A program made the translations under genes and the position numbers. A stretch of DNA of 64,000 nt, taken from contig CAWFFN010000008.1 of the NCBI GenBank assembly GCA_963815115.1, positions 672,001-736,000 of the forward strand. Reading direction: 5' to 3'. Below, one piece after another: positions 1 through 11,699 of the stretch (position 1 is its first letter; each line of letters opens with the position of its first letter). The DNA comes from an uncultured delta proteobacterium (GTDB lineage: Bacteria > Desulfobacterota > Binatia > DP-6). The notes under the pieces are model-generated. The model was not told the origin of the DNA. It saw only the letters and a list, made by a program, of their open reading frames with translations, and did not search any database.

Positions 1-767
1 ACGTTGCGACGGCTGAGCGTGTAGACGATGCCGCTCTCGCCCCGGCGGCGGCGGATGTAGCTCAGCAGGTCCTTGCGCGAGCCGCCGCCGTCGCCTTTCT
101 TGTGCGCGGTGAGCACCAGGTTGGGCCGGTGGAACGTTCCCTTGAAGCCGTCCGGCTTCACCATGCCGAGCTGGCGGATGATGTCGCCCACGACCGGCCG
201 CGTGGCGGTGGCGGTCAGCGCCAGGATGGGCACGCCGCCCAGCTCCGACTTGAGCCCGCGCAACCGGCGGTACGCCGGCCGGAAGTCGTGTCCCCACTCC
301 GAGATGCAGTGCGCCTCGTCGACCGCGACGAGCGCCACGCGCACCCCGCCGAGCACGCCGCGCAGGCTGCCCTCGAGTCCCTCGGGGGCAACGTAGACGA
401 GCTCGTACTCTCCGCGCCGCAGGCGCCGGATGCGCTCGTACCTGGTGGGACCGTCGAGCGTCGAGTTCAGCACCGTCGCCCGGAAGCCGGTGCGTTCGAG
501 CGCGTCGACCTGGTCCTTCATCAATGAGATGAGGGGGCTCACCACCACGACGGTGCCGTCGAGGATGCGCGCGGGAATCTGGTAGGTCAGCGACTTGCCA
601 GCGCCGGTCGGCATGACGCCGATGCAGTCGCGGCCACCGAGCACGGTGGTGATGATCTTCTCCTGCCCCGGGCGGAAGTCGGCAAACCCGAAGACGTCGC
701 GCAGGACGTCACGAGGCACGGGGCGCGGGCCGGTCGGATGCGCGTCGATGGGACGGCTCGATAGCAC
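1..767 (-). CDS. recQ: ATP-dependent DNA helicase RecQ, 5' part (runs off window start)
   Basis: Manual minus-strand translation: VFGFADFRPGQE, MPTGAGKSLTYQ (Walker A), VSPLISLMKDQV, VAVDEAHCISEWGHDFRP, LALTATAT, SGIVY; GTG start at 767. Confidence 0.95.
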   Translation of the reverse strand, partial: MLSSRPIDAHPTGPRPVPRDVLRDVFGFADFRPGQEKIITTVLGGRDCIGVMPTGAGKSLTYQIPARILDGTVVVVSPLISLMKDQVDALERTGFRATVLNSTLDGPTRYERIRRLRRGEYELVYVAPEGLEGSLRGVLGGVRVALVAVDEAHCISEWGHDFRPAYRRLRGLKSELGGVPILALTATATRPVVGDIIRQLGMVKPDGFKGTFHRPNLVLTAHKKGDGGGSRKDLLSYIRRRRGESGIVYTLSRRN

Positions 768-820
768 GCCGTCCCGGACGGAAACAGTGCGACGACGATC
801 GAGGCACCGTCATCGGGGCA

Positions 821-856
821 CGCGACGCCGGCATCCCCGGATATGCCGGCGTCGCG
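821..856. terminator. 14-bp perfect GC-rich hairpin downstream of the EF-hand gene
   Basis: CGCGACGCCGGCAT (821-834) / ATGCCGGCGTCGCG (843-856); no clear U-tract. Confidence 0.55.
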
Positions 857-900
857 CGAGATCTGTGCTGCCCCGCTACGGGACAGCGCTCAGACCTTCG

Positions 901-1182
901 TCAGAAGGGGACTTCCTGCTTGCGACGCTCGCGGTGCGCCTGGCGAGCCTGGTCGATCTCCTGCTGCGTCACCTGACCGTCCTTGTTGGCGTCGAGCTTG
1001 TTGAACCGCTCGGCGGCGCGGGCCTGGCAAGCGCCCGTCACCTCGTCGAGCGTGATGACGCCGTTGCCGTCCTTGTCCATCTCCTGGAACGTCGGGCGGT
1101 GATGGTAGCCGTGGGCGAATGCGGTCGTCGCACCAACGAGGGCGGCGACGCCGAGCATCGGAACGATGAAACGCGGCTTCAT
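901..1182 (-). CDS. Secreted EF-hand protein
   Basis: Signal peptide MKPRFIVPMLGVAALVGATTAFA; two EF-hand loops DKDGNGVITLDE and DANKDGQVTQQE; GGAGG RBS. Confidence 0.85.
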   Translation of the reverse strand: MKPRFIVPMLGVAALVGATTAFAHGYHHRPTFQEMDKDGNGVITLDEVTGACQARAAERFNKLDANKDGQVTQQEIDQARQAHRERRKQEVPF

Positions 1183-1236
1183 GGTTGACTCCTCCGTATC
1201 CATGTGAACGCGTGAATGCGTTCGACGTGATCCGCT

Positions 1237-1252
1237 AGCGAGCACCGTGCCA
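1237..1252 (-). promoter_or_regulatory. Sigma54 (-24/-12) promoter for the EF-hand gene
   Basis: Minus strand TGGCACGGTGCTCGCT (GG-N10-GC), about 55 nt upstream of the ATG. Confidence 0.7.
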
Positions 1253-1297
1253 TCACCGCCCGGAGCGCGCGGGCAGGTTCGCGGGACGTACCGGGCG

Positions 1298-1332
1298 TGC
1301 GGGGCTTGCACCGGTGGCGTGCGGGATCCGCA
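1298..1332. promoter_or_regulatory. Two candidate enhancer (bEBP) sites
   Basis: TGCGGGGCTTGCA (1298-1310) and TGCGGGATCCGCA (1320-1332), 22 bp apart, upstream of the sigma54 promoter. Confidence 0.5.
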
Positions 1333-1463
1333 GGGCGATGACCGAGAACCCGCGAGGCCGGCTGCGCCGTACGCCGGCACGTGTCTTGCGTGAGGAACAT
1401 CGCCGTCAGGTCCGGGCGATGGACCGGCGCTGGCGGTTCTGCCAAGGCTCTCGCCGGAATTGC

Positions 1464-2744
1464 ATGGCCTCGCCGGATCACTCGGAGACCACTCGCTCGC
1501 TGCGCCGGGTCCGCTGGGCCCAGATCCTGGTGTACCTCGCGATCGGGCTGGCGCTCGTCGGGACCGCCGTCCAGAGCTACGTCAGCGTGCAGCGCGCGGC
1601 CAACACCGTCGCGATCGCGCAGGGGCGCCGGCTGCTTCGCGTCGTGCGCCGGAGTCTCGGGCCACCGCTTCCGGTGGGCCGGGAGCAGCTCGAGCGCGTG
1701 CTCGGCATGCACGAGGACCTCGGCCTGCGCTGCATCGGCATGCCGGACGACGCCGGCGGTCCACCCCTCGTCGCCGGCGACTGCAAGCTCTCGACTGAAG
1801 AGATCACCCACGCGCTGGACGATCCTCCGCCCCTGGGCGTCATGCGGATCGACCGCAACGTGGGCATGGTCGCCGGCCGTCCGCGCTGGCGACACGGGTT
1901 CGGCGGCGCGCCGCCGGCGGCGGCTCGCTGGGGCGGCCGGCGGCCCGTCCTGATCGTCTTCGAGCCGCTCGAAGCCCATGCGCTCCAGCGCTCGGTCACG
2001 CGCAGCCTCATCGTGGCTCTGGCCGCGCTGGCCGCGCTGATCGCGGCCGCCATCGTGCTGTGGCGGCTCTCGCGCCGCGCCGAGCAGCTGCAGGAGGCGG
2101 CCGAGCGCGATCGCCGCCTGGTCACGCTCGGCGAGATGTCCGCCGTGCTCGCGCACGAGATCCGCAACCCGCTCGCCGCGCTGAAGGGCCACGCCCAGCT
2201 CCTCCTCGAGCGCCTGGACGATGCGGGCGCGCCGCGCGAGAAGGCCGCGCGCGTCGTCGCCGAGGCGCAGCGCCTCGAGCGGCTCACCGAGGATCTTCTG
2301 AGCTTCGTGCGCTCGAGCCAGGTGACGCCCGTGCCGGTCGACCCGGCCGCGGTGCTGCGCGATGCCGTGCGCGACGTCGACGCCGCGCACATCGACGTCG
2401 ATACCGGCGCAGCGCCGTCGAGCTGGCGGCTCGACCCGGCGCGCATGCATCAGGCGCTGGTCAACCTGCTGCGCAACGCGGTGGAAGCGTCGCCGGCCGG
2501 CACGCGCGCCGTGGCCAGCGTGGCCCGCGAGGGCGACGCCCTCGGCTTTCGCGTGCGCGATCGGGGCGCGGGCCTGCCGCCGGGAGACGACGAGCGCATC
2601 TTCGAGCCCTTCTACACCACGCGCGCGCAGGGCACCGGGCTCGGCCTGGCAGTCGCCCGGCGCATCGTCGAGCTGCACGGTGGTGCGGTCACCGCGCACA
2701 CGCATCCGGAGGGTGGCGCAGAGTTTCGGGTCGTGATTCCCTGA
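1464..2744 (+). CDS. Membrane sensor histidine kinase (ZraS/HydH-like)
   Basis: Two TM segments; H-box [10 protein letters not shown]-box [27 protein letters not shown]. Confidence 0.93.
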   Translation: MASPDHSETTRSLRRVRWAQILVYLAIGLALVGTAVQSYVSVQRAANTVAIAQGRRLLRVVRRSLGPPLPVGREQLERVLGMHEDLGLRCIGMPDDAGGPPLVAGDCKLSTEEITHALDDPPPLGVMRIDRNVGMVAGRPRWRHGFGGAPPAAARWGGRRPVLIVFEPLEAHALQRSVTRSLIVALAALAALIAAAIVLWRLSRRAEQLQEAAERDRRLVTLGEMSAVLAHEIRNPLAALKGHAQLLLERLDDAGAPREKAARVVAEAQRLERLTEDLLSFVRSSQVTPVPVDPAAVLRDAVRDVDAAHIDVDTGAAPSSWRLDPARMHQALVNLLRNAVEASPAGTRAVASVAREGDALGFRVRDRGAGLPPGDDERIFEPFYTTRAQGTGLGLAVARRIVELHGGAVTAHTHPEGGAEFRVVIP

Positions 2745-2755
2745 GCTGCGGAGCA

Positions 2756-4087
<1,332 letters not shown>

Positions 4088-4248
4088 GAGCGGCGTCGAG
4101 GCGGGAATCCCGCTCGCTCGCGGTCCTCGGCGCACGCGCGCCTCGGACGCGAGGCGTCCCCCCGATGACCGCGGGCGCGCGCGGCGCCTGCGGGCTCGCT
4201 CGTCGGGACTCCCGCCTCGACTTGGCCCGACGGGAGCACGTAGCCGCC

Positions 4249-6126
4249 TCAGGCGGCGGCGCCGTCGCCGAGGTACTCGAGCCGCCAGAGCTCGAAGGCA
4301 AGCAGCGACCAGAGCGACTTGCGATGGTCGCGGGCGCCGCTGAGGTGGGCGTCGACGAGCCGGCCGACCGCGGCCGGATCGAACAGGCCGCCGCGTCGCA
4401 GGCGCTCCGGCTCCAGGACCTCGCGCACGAAGCCGGCGAGCGGACCGCGGAACCACTCGCCCAACGGCACCCCGAAACCCTGCTTGCCGCGCCGGACGAT
4501 CTCCGGCGGCAAGCGATCGGCCAGAGCCCGCTTGAGGAGCTGCTTCAGGCTCTTGAAGCCGCCGAGCTTGAGCGAGGACGGGATGCGGCCCATGAACTCG
4601 ACGAAGGTGTGGTCGAGAAACGGAGCCCGCAGCTCGAGGCCGGTCGCCATGCTGGCGCGATCGCTGTTCACCAGGTTCTGTCCGGCCAGGTAGAGCTTGC
4701 AGTACCGATAGATGAGGCGGTCGGTGGCGCCCTCGGCGGCGCACGACGCCAGCACGGCGGCGACGTCGCCGTACCAGTCGAAGAGCCCGAGGCGCGCTCG
4801 CACGTCGCGCGACAGCAGCGCGGCGCCGCGGGCGGGCGGGATGCCGCCGATCAGGGCCTGGTTGCAGGCGTCGGGATGGTACGCGGTCGCGGCGATGAAC
4901 TCGCCCAGGGGTGCCGCGGCGTGCGGCAGGACCCGTGCACCACGACGCAGCATCCCGAGGAGGCCGCGGGGCAGCCCGCCTGCCGCGCGCTGCCACCAGT
5001 CGGCCGCCATCGTGGGATAGCCGGCGAAGAGCTCGTCGCCGCCGTCGCCGGTGAGCGAGACGGTGACCGTCCGGCGCGCCGCACACGAGAGGAGGTGCAG
5101 GGGCACGAAGCTCATGTCGGCGAGGGGCTCGTCGAGCAGGCGGCCGAGCCGCGCGAGCACGCCGGCCGCGTCGCCGGCCGTGACCACCAGCTCCTCGTGC
5201 CGCGTCCCGAAGTGCCGGGCCACGATCCGCGCCCACGGACGTTCGTCATGGCGCGAGCCGTCGTAGCCCACCGAGAAGGTGCGGATGCCGCTGCGCTGGC
5301 GCGCCGCTGTACCCGCCACCACCGTCGAGTCGATGCCGCCGCTCACGAAGCAGCCGACCGGCACGTCGCTCACCAGCCGGAGCGCCACCGACCGATCGAA
5401 GCGATGCGCAATCTCCTCGAGCCAGTCGCGCTCGTCGACCATCGGCTCGGGCCGAAACGGGATGTCCCAGTAGCGCCGCACGGCGATCCCCCGGGCGTCG
5501 GCGGAGAGCGTGTGGCCGGGCGGCAGCTTGTGCACGCCGAGCAGGATCGAGTGCGGATCGGGCACGTAGTCGAAGGCCAGGTAGCGAGCCAGCCCCTCGA
5601 GGTCGAGGCGCGCGGACACGGCAGGATGCGCGAGCAGCGCCCGGAGCTCGGAGGCGAACACGAGCGTGTTGCCCGCCATCGTGTAGCACAGCGGCTTCTC
5701 CCCCATGCGGTCGCGGGCGAGGAAGAGCTGCTCGCGCCGCGCGTCCCACAGCGCGAGCGCGAACATGCCGTTCAGCCGCTCGACCGAGGCGGCGCCCTCC
5801 TCTTCCCACGCGTGCGCCACGACCTCCGTGTCCGAGCGCGATCGGAAGCGATGGCCGCGGGCCTCGAGCTCCGCGCGACGGGCGGCGAAGTCGTAGATCT
5901 CGCCGTTCAGCACGACGGTGACGGCCCCGTCCTCGCAGGCGATCGGCTGATCGCCGGTCTCGAGGTCGATGACGCGCAGCCGTGCAACACCGAGGGCCAC
6001 CCGGCCTTCGACGTGGTAGCCCATGGCGTCGGGGCCGCGATGGCTCAGTGCGGCCACCATGCGGGAGAGGATCTCCGGATCGGCACGCTCGCCGGGAGGC
6101 GTCACGAAGCCCGCGATGCCGCACAT
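4249..6126 (-). CDS. asnB: Asparagine synthase (glutamine-hydrolysing) family amidotransferase
   Basis: MCGIAG, HRGPD, RDRMGEKPL, SGGIDS, LTGDGGDELFAGY, KQGF. Confidence 0.93.
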   Translation of the reverse strand: MCGIAGFVTPPGERADPEILSRMVAALSHRGPDAMGYHVEGRVALGVARLRVIDLETGDQPIACEDGAVTVVLNGEIYDFAARRAELEARGHRFRSRSDTEVVAHAWEEEGAASVERLNGMFALALWDARREQLFLARDRMGEKPLCYTMAGNTLVFASELRALLAHPAVSARLDLEGLARYLAFDYVPDPHSILLGVHKLPPGHTLSADARGIAVRRYWDIPFRPEPMVDERDWLEEIAHRFDRSVALRLVSDVPVGCFVSGGIDSTVVAGTAARQRSGIRTFSVGYDGSRHDERPWARIVARHFGTRHEELVVTAGDAAGVLARLGRLLDEPLADMSFVPLHLLSCAARRTVTVSLTGDGGDELFAGYPTMAADWWQRAAGGLPRGLLGMLRRGARVLPHAAAPLGEFIAATAYHPDACNQALIGGIPPARGAALLSRDVRARLGLFDWYGDVAAVLASCAAEGATDRLIYRYCKLYLAGQNLVNSDRASMATGLELRAPFLDHTFVEFMGRIPSSLKLGGFKSLKQLLKRALADRLPPEIVRRGKQGFGVPLGEWFRGPLAGFVREVLEPERLRRGGLFDPAAVGRLVDAHLSGARDHRKSLWSLLAFELWRLEYLGDGAAA

Positions 6127-6130
6127 GCGC

Positions 6131-7174
6131 TCAGGTCTCCGAGACCGGGACCATCGCCTGCGACGGACGTGGCGACCCGGCCAGCAGGAGCAGCCCGACC
6201 CCGGTCCAGGTGGCCTCGCGCACCCGCCGCACGAGGCTGAGCGACAGTCCGGCGGTGGCGCTCAGTCCGAGCGCAACGCAGGCGGCAACCGTCCCTCCCT
6301 CTGCCACGCCGATCTGCGCCGGCACGAAGAAGGCGGCGAATCGCACGCCCGTGCCGAAGGCCTCGATCACGAGCGCCGTCGGAACCGAGACCGGCGCTCC
6401 CAGGAAGCGCAGGATGAGCCAGGTCTCGGCCGCGCTGGCGAGCCAGCCGAGAACGTTGCACGCGATCGAGAGCGCGAAGCGTCCCGGCCGCCTGCGGTAG
6501 AACACCGCCAGGCCGCGATCGACCTCCTCCGCCGCCGCTCCGGCGCGCTCCCCGGTGCGGAAGCCGAAGCGCCGGAGGATGCGCTCGCCGCCGCCGACGA
6601 CTCCCACCATCTGCACGGCAAGGAACCCGATCACCGCCAGTGCCTCCAGCACCAGCAGCCACTCCATGGCGCGGACGAGCGGCGTGTCGAGCGCCAGCGA
6701 TCGGCGCGCGACCACGACGCCGAGGGCGAGGAACAGCCCCTGCGACGCCACCATCGTGGTCTTGACGACGATCAGCGAGACCAGGGTCTCGCGAGCCCTC
6801 ACTCGATCGCGCAGCAACCACGCCTTCACGGCGTCGCCGCCCAGCGTGCCGGTCGGCGTGGTCGCGGTGACCGCCTGACCGGCGATCCTGACCTTCATCA
6901 GGGTGAGCAGCGAGGGCGCATCGCCCGGGAAGGCCAGGCGCCACCCGAGCGTGTCGAACAGCTTGAAGACCAGGCACGGGAACACCAGGACGATGAGCAG
7001 CCGCCAGGAGAGGGTGCGGAACGACGACTGGATGCCCGCGAGACCGATGTCGGCGATCAGGTACGCGAAGAGAGCGGCGCCGAGGAGGAGCAGTGCTCCC
7101 TGCCACCAGCGCGTCGAGGGATGCCGCACTCCCCGGTCCCTATGCGACCGAGGCCCTCCGATCAACGGGGCCAC
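6131..7174 (-). CDS. Lysylphosphatidylglycerol synthase TM / flippase-like (UPF0104) membrane protein
   Basis: Multiple TM helices; TPTGTLGGD, VPAQIGVAEGG; start uncertain. Confidence 0.8.
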   Translation of the reverse strand: MAPLIGGPRSHRDRGVRHPSTRWWQGALLLLGAALFAYLIADIGLAGIQSSFRTLSWRLLIVLVFPCLVFKLFDTLGWRLAFPGDAPSLLTLMKVRIAGQAVTATTPTGTLGGDAVKAWLLRDRVRARETLVSLIVVKTTMVASQGLFLALGVVVARRSLALDTPLVRAMEWLLVLEALAVIGFLAVQMVGVVGGGERILRRFGFRTGERAGAAAEEVDRGLAVFYRRRPGRFALSIACNVLGWLASAAETWLILRFLGAPVSVPTALVIEAFGTGVRFAAFFVPAQIGVAEGGTVAACVALGLSATAGLSLSLVRRVREATWTGVGLLLLAGSPRPSQAMVPVSET

Positions 7175-7224
7175 GTTTGCCGCACCCGCCCGGGAGCGCG
7201 TAGCCTTCGCGCGAGCCGCGATCG

Positions 7225-8079
7225 ATGAGCAATCCGCCCGCGACGATCTCCTCCACGCTGCGCGCCGTGGTGACGCCTCTCCTCCACCCGCGCTTCTTCT
7301 TCGTCAACATCGGCGCCAACGACGGCGTCAGCAACGATCCGATCTATCCCTTTCTCCGCGAGCACGCCTGGCACGGCATCGTGGTCGAGCCGCTCGCGCC
7401 GATGCTCGACGAGCTGCGGCGCAACTACCGCGACTTCCCGGGGATCGTCTTCGAGCACGCCGCCATCGCCGCGACCCCGCGGCCGTTCCACCATCTCCCG
7501 GCGTCTTCGGGATACGAGCGCACCTGGACGAGGCAGGTCGGCACGCTCAACCCGGGGGCGCTCGCGAAGACCATCGACCTCATGCGGACCCACGAGTTCG
7601 ACGGCCCGGTGCCGCCGGACCTCGAACGGTCGGTCGCATCCATCGAGGTGCCGTGCCTCACCTTCGAGGCGCTCATGACGAAGCACCGTGTCGAGCGGGT
7701 CGACTTCCTGAGCATCGACGCCGAGAGCGCCGACTACGAGATCTTCTGCTCGATCGACCTCGACCGCTGGCGTCCCGCGATCCTCTGCATCGAGACGGGC
7801 GACATGAGCGAGCAGGAACGCGCCGACTTCGAGCGCCGCGTGCGAGCCGCCGGCTACGTCTTCCTGGAGCCGTTCGACTTCCTGACCGGCATCTACGTGC
7901 AGCGCGCCGCGGCGCCGCGCTGGCATGCGGTGACCAGGCTGCGCCGCCGGATCGGCGCCCGGCTGCGCGACGTCCTCGGGCGGGGGGGGCCGCCGGTCCC
8001 CGCCCGAGGAGAGCCGAGGGTCAGACGAGATCAAACGGCGAGGTCCGGCACGCCTAGCGAGCACAGCGGAAGCCGATGA
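7225..8079 (+). CDS. FkbM family methyltransferase
   Basis: NIGANDGVSNDP, GIVVEP, DFLSIDAESADYEI. Confidence 0.85.
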   Translation: MSNPPATISSTLRAVVTPLLHPRFFFVNIGANDGVSNDPIYPFLREHAWHGIVVEPLAPMLDELRRNYRDFPGIVFEHAAIAATPRPFHHLPASSGYERTWTRQVGTLNPGALAKTIDLMRTHEFDGPVPPDLERSVASIEVPCLTFEALMTKHRVERVDFLSIDAESADYEIFCSIDLDRWRPAILCIETGDMSEQERADFERRVRAAGYVFLEPFDFLTGIYVQRAAAPRWHAVTRLRRRIGARLRDVLGRGGPPVPARGEPRVRRDQTARSGTPSEHSGSR

Positions 8080-8887
8080 AGAAGTCGAAGTCCGACGGGA
8101 AGAAGAAGTCATCGACCGCGAAGACTCCGGCACCCGCGCCGAGGTTGAAGTCGCCGCCGCGATGCACCCCGCCCGGAAGGTTGCTGTTGAGAGACCCTGG
8201 GCCCCCGAAACAGCTGGCGTCGTCGCCAAAGCTCGACGGCCAGGTGGTGCAGCCGTCTGCAAAGTCCCCCCACTCCGCGACCCACTCCGACACGTTCCCC
8301 ACCATGTCGAACGCGCCCCAGCTCGACTTGCAGCTCGACCGCGAACCCGTGTTCACCGCGTCGCCGACGGAGAAGACGTTGCAATCCGTCGTCCCGTTGT
8401 CCGCTTCCCCCGGGTCCGGTCTACCCTGTGCGGCCGCCTGCCACTCGTCGTTTCGCGCGAGCCGCTTGCCGGAGAGCCGACACGCCTGGTTCGCCTGGAA
8501 CCAGGTGATGCACGCGCTCGGGAGCACCCCGGGGATGGAGACGGCGTAGACGCCCGGCGACGGGGGGCTCGATCCCGCGACAGGTGTCCAGTTGCCGGTG
8601 TCCGGGAAGTTGTCTGGGTAGCCCGGCGTGCACGACGATGACGGGCTCAGCTGCGTCGCCCCCCCGCCGGTCAGGCCGGCGAGGGTCGCCTTGCCATCCT
8701 GGATCTTCTTCACGAGCGCCTTGGCGGTTGGCGGAAGCTGCCAGACGCTCGCCTCGTAGAGGTCGATGCAGGCGTTCCCGACCTTCACGGAGTCCCCGGG
8801 GCAGCTGAGCGTCCCGGCTCCCGCGTTCGTGGCGCAGCACAGGGTTGCCACCACGCCCACACGCACCATCGTCAAGAATCGTCGCAT
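8054..8887 (-). CDS. Secreted SUMF1/FGE-sulfatase fold protein
   Basis: Signal peptide; CIDLYEAS, ITWFQANQAC..GKRL..EWQAAA, GAFDMVGNVSEWV, GFRCAR. Confidence 0.85.
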   Translation of the reverse strand: MRRFLTMVRVGVVATLCCATNAGAGTLSCPGDSVKVGNACIDLYEASVWQLPPTAKALVKKIQDGKATLAGLTGGGATQLSPSSSCTPGYPDNFPDTGNWTPVAGSSPPSPGVYAVSIPGVLPSACITWFQANQACRLSGKRLARNDEWQAAAQGRPDPGEADNGTTDCNVFSVGDAVNTGSRSSCKSSWGAFDMVGNVSEWVAEWGDFADGCTTWPSSFGDDASCFGGPGSLNSNLPGGVHRGGDFNLGAGAGVFAVDDFFFPSDFDFFIGFRCAR

Positions 8888-9178
8888 GGAACGGCCTCCT
8901 TCTTTGGCTGCGGACTCCTGGCTACCGGTCTTCGACGACCCTCCGCGGGCACCTGGTGGCGCGCGCTGGCGCGCGTGGGGCCAGGCCGGCCTCGGCCGGC
9001 AGCTGGACGCTGTCGCGCCCACCCTTCCGGGCCGCGTCGGCATACCGACCATGGCTTCAGCCACGGTTCCTAGCGCGGGAGCCGCATGGACGACACCCCG
9101 TCCCGACGCGGCCATCGGGCCGCTTCGGGTCGCGCCGCGGCTTCGATCAGGTCGCGCGCGCCGAAAGTCGGAACGTCG

Positions 9179-9484
9179 CTAGTCGATCGCGACGAGGACG
9201 TCGCCGCCCTCGACCTTCACGTCGTAGCGCGCGACCTTCAGGTCGTCGGTGATGCTCTCGCCCGTGCGCACGTCGTACTGCCAGGCGTGCCACGGGCAGG
9301 TGACGATGCAGCCCTCGAGGTCGCCCTCGCCGAGCGGGCCGCCGCGATGCGGGCACTCGTTGTCGAGCGCGTAGAACGTCCCGTCGACGTTGAAGAGCGC
9401 GATCTCCTTGCCTCCCACGGTCACGAGCTGGCCCGTCCCGGGCGCAACATCCGAGGCCGCGGTGGCCTTCGAGAACGTCGGCAT
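9179..9484 (-). CDS. Rieske [2Fe-2S] ferredoxin
   Basis: CPHRGGPL and CPWHAWQYD. Confidence 0.92.
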   Translation of the reverse strand: MPTFSKATAASDVAPGTGQLVTVGGKEIALFNVDGTFYALDNECPHRGGPLGEGDLEGCIVTCPWHAWQYDVRTGESITDDLKVARYDVKVEGGDVLVAID

Positions 9485-9515
9485 GGCGGGCTTCTGGCAC
9501 GCGCCCCGCGGACCG

Positions 9516-10220
9516 TCAAGCCGCGAGCGCGACGGCGACGGCGGGCAGCGCCGCCACGCGCTCGAGCCAGCGCGCCACCCCCGGCTGCGCGTCGAGCAGG
9601 GGCGCCTCGACGAAGCGGCGCAACGGCGCGAGCTGGGCGAACACGGCGACGTCCGCCACGGTGAGGGTGCGTCCGAGCAGGAAGGCGCGCTCCTGGAGCA
9701 GCGCGGCCAGGGTGCAGAGCTGCCCCACGAGGCGTTCCTCGAAGTGACCGAGACTGGCGGCCGAGTAGCCCGCCGCCCGGTAGCGCAGTCGGAAGCGCGC
9801 GCCGAGCGCCCAGCGCACGATCGGACCGCCGCCGAGCTCGCGCGCCGTCGCGCCAAGGGCGACCTCGCGATTGTCGGGGTTGAGCCAGCGGAACGCTCCC
9901 ATCACGAAGGCGAGCGACCCGTCGGCCCAGTCCTCGACCAGGTCGCAGTACGCCCGCGCCGCCGGCTCCTCGGGGAGGAGCGGCGGATCGGGGAAGCGCT
10001 CCTCGAGGTAGCGCAGGATCACCGTCGAGTCCGCGAGCACGCGGCCGTCGTGCTCGAGCACCGGGACGTGACCCAGGGGGTTCAGCGCCCGGAGCCGGCC
10101 CAGCCCGCGCACCGTGACGGTCATGCGCCGGAACGCGACGCCCTTCAGCGTGAGGCAGATGCGCGCCTTGGTGCAGGAGGGCGAGTCGGTCAGGTCGTGG
10201 AGGAGGGTCTCGGCGGGCAT
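9516..10220 (-). CDS. Glutathione S-transferase family protein
   Basis: SPSCTKARI, NPLGHVPVL, DSTVILRYLEE, TVADVAVF. Confidence 0.9.
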   Translation of the reverse strand: MPAETLLHDLTDSPSCTKARICLTLKGVAFRRMTVTVRGLGRLRALNPLGHVPVLEHDGRVLADSTVILRYLEERFPDPPLLPEEPAARAYCDLVEDWADGSLAFVMGAFRWLNPDNREVALGATARELGGGPIVRWALGARFRLRYRAAGYSAASLGHFEERLVGQLCTLAALLQERAFLLGRTLTVADVAVFAQLAPLRRFVEAPLLDAQPGVARWLERVAALPAVAVALAA

Positions 10221-10238
10221 GGAGGGCCGGGCCGACGT

Positions 10239-11375
10239 TCAGGATCGGAGCGCGCCGCGCAGCTCGCGAGCCAGCACCTCGACCGTGCCGCGGGTGCCGC
10301 CGGCGAGCTTCTGGCGCCACTCGCCCTCGGTCTCGAAGCGCTGGTCGCCGATCAGCTCGCCCCACGGGGCGATGGCACGCGCGATGGCGTGGGCGTCGAG
10401 GACGTCGTCGCCCGCCTCGCGGATGGCGCGCAGCACGGCGGGCACCACGGCGAGGAACGCGCGCAGCGCCGTGGCGGTCTTGATGCTGTACTTCCGGCCC
10501 GCCCAGGCACGCGGGAAGACCCGTGCGATCTGCTTGAAGTAGTTCAGGAAGAAGCGCGGCGCGGCCTCGCGGAAGCGTTCCGACTGGGCGCCGCCGAGGG
10601 CTTCGAGGCCGGTGAAGATGCCCTTCAGCTCGTCGGCCAGCGGGGCCTGCGCGACACGGCCGTGGCCGACCCCGAAGAGCCTGATCTCCCCGTGCAAGGG
10701 CGACTCGGCGTTCTCGTTCAGCGTGCGGATGATGTCATGGCTGGCCGCGAGCGCCTTGTCCGGATAGAGCCGGCGACCGGCCAGGCTGATCAGGTGGGAA
10801 GGGTTCAGCTTGGTGTGCTTGGCGTTGATGGTGACGAACAGCTCGACCACCTGGTCGGGGGCGAGCGAGTCGAAGATCACCGCCGGGACCTGCACGTCGG
10901 TGGCGCGATCGTCGGCCACCATCTGGTGCATCGCGAGCAGGCGATGCTGCCCGTCGAGGGCGCGCAGCATCCCTCCCTCGGTCGGGATCTGGAGGACGCC
11001 GAGGACCCGGTGGCTGCTCGTCGGCGTGAATTCGAGCCGGCGGTCGGAGACCAGGAGCACCGCGCCCGGCACCGCCGGCAGGTTCCCGGTCTCGGAGCAC
11101 TGGATGTAGTAGTCGACCAGCTCGGCGATCTTCTTGCGGATCACCGGCCGCTGGTACGCCTCCGAGCTCTCGGCGATGCGGCGCTCGAGCAGCTCCCAGT
11201 TGACCCGCGACGGCTTCGCCTTGCGCCCCTTGCCGCGCGGCGGGGCCGGCGGCCCGCCGCCGTCGTAGGACAGCACCTCGAAGCGCACCAGCCGGTCGAC
11301 GTCACGAGCCCCCAGGATCGCCTGGTAGAGCGTGACCCCGAACTGCTTCAGCCGCATCGCCGGGACCGTGATCAT
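10239..11375 (-). CDS. DGQHR-domain protein (DndB/ParB-like superfamily)
   Basis: AYQR motif, ALDGQHRL, ELFVTINAKHTKLNPS. Confidence 0.88.
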   Translation of the reverse strand: MITVPAMRLKQFGVTLYQAILGARDVDRLVRFEVLSYDGGGPPAPPRGKGRKAKPSRVNWELLERRIAESSEAYQRPVIRKKIAELVDYYIQCSETGNLPAVPGAVLLVSDRRLEFTPTSSHRVLGVLQIPTEGGMLRALDGQHRLLAMHQMVADDRATDVQVPAVIFDSLAPDQVVELFVTINAKHTKLNPSHLISLAGRRLYPDKALAASHDIIRTLNENAESPLHGEIRLFGVGHGRVAQAPLADELKGIFTGLEALGGAQSERFREAAPRFFLNYFKQIARVFPRAWAGRKYSIKTATALRAFLAVVPAVLRAIREAGDDVLDAHAIARAIAPWGELIGDQRFETEGEWRQKLAGGTRGTVEVLARELRGALRS

Positions 11376-11587
11376 GCCATTCCCTCGCTTGCGTAGGCTT
11401 CCAGCTCTTCCAGCTTCCGGAGTCGGACCAGCCACACCTCGCGCTCGGCCATCGGCGCCGTCGCCACCTCGACCCGTGCCGCGGCCACCGATGCCGCGAT
11501 GATGTGAAGACAACGGGCGTGGCAGCGTCGGCTCTCGCGCTGCCGGCGCAACCGGATCACTTCGGCGAACCTGACGACCTCTCCCAC
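11372..11587 (-). CDS. Small helical hypothetical protein coupled to the DGQHR gene
   Basis: 4-bp ATGA overlap with the DGQHR start; GTG start (alternative ATG at 11608). Confidence 0.6.
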   Translation of the reverse strand: MGEVVRFAEVIRLRRQRESRRCHARCLHIIAASVAAARVEVATAPMAEREVWLVRLRKLEELEAYASEGMA

Positions 11588-11699
11588 GGCGTCGGGGCAC
11601 CGTAGCACGCGGCGGAACGGGAGTCAGCATGCAGCGAAGTCCGCGCTCGGGTTTGCCACCAGCCGGGCCGGCGGCTAGGAGGTCGCCAGGAGGTCGAAC

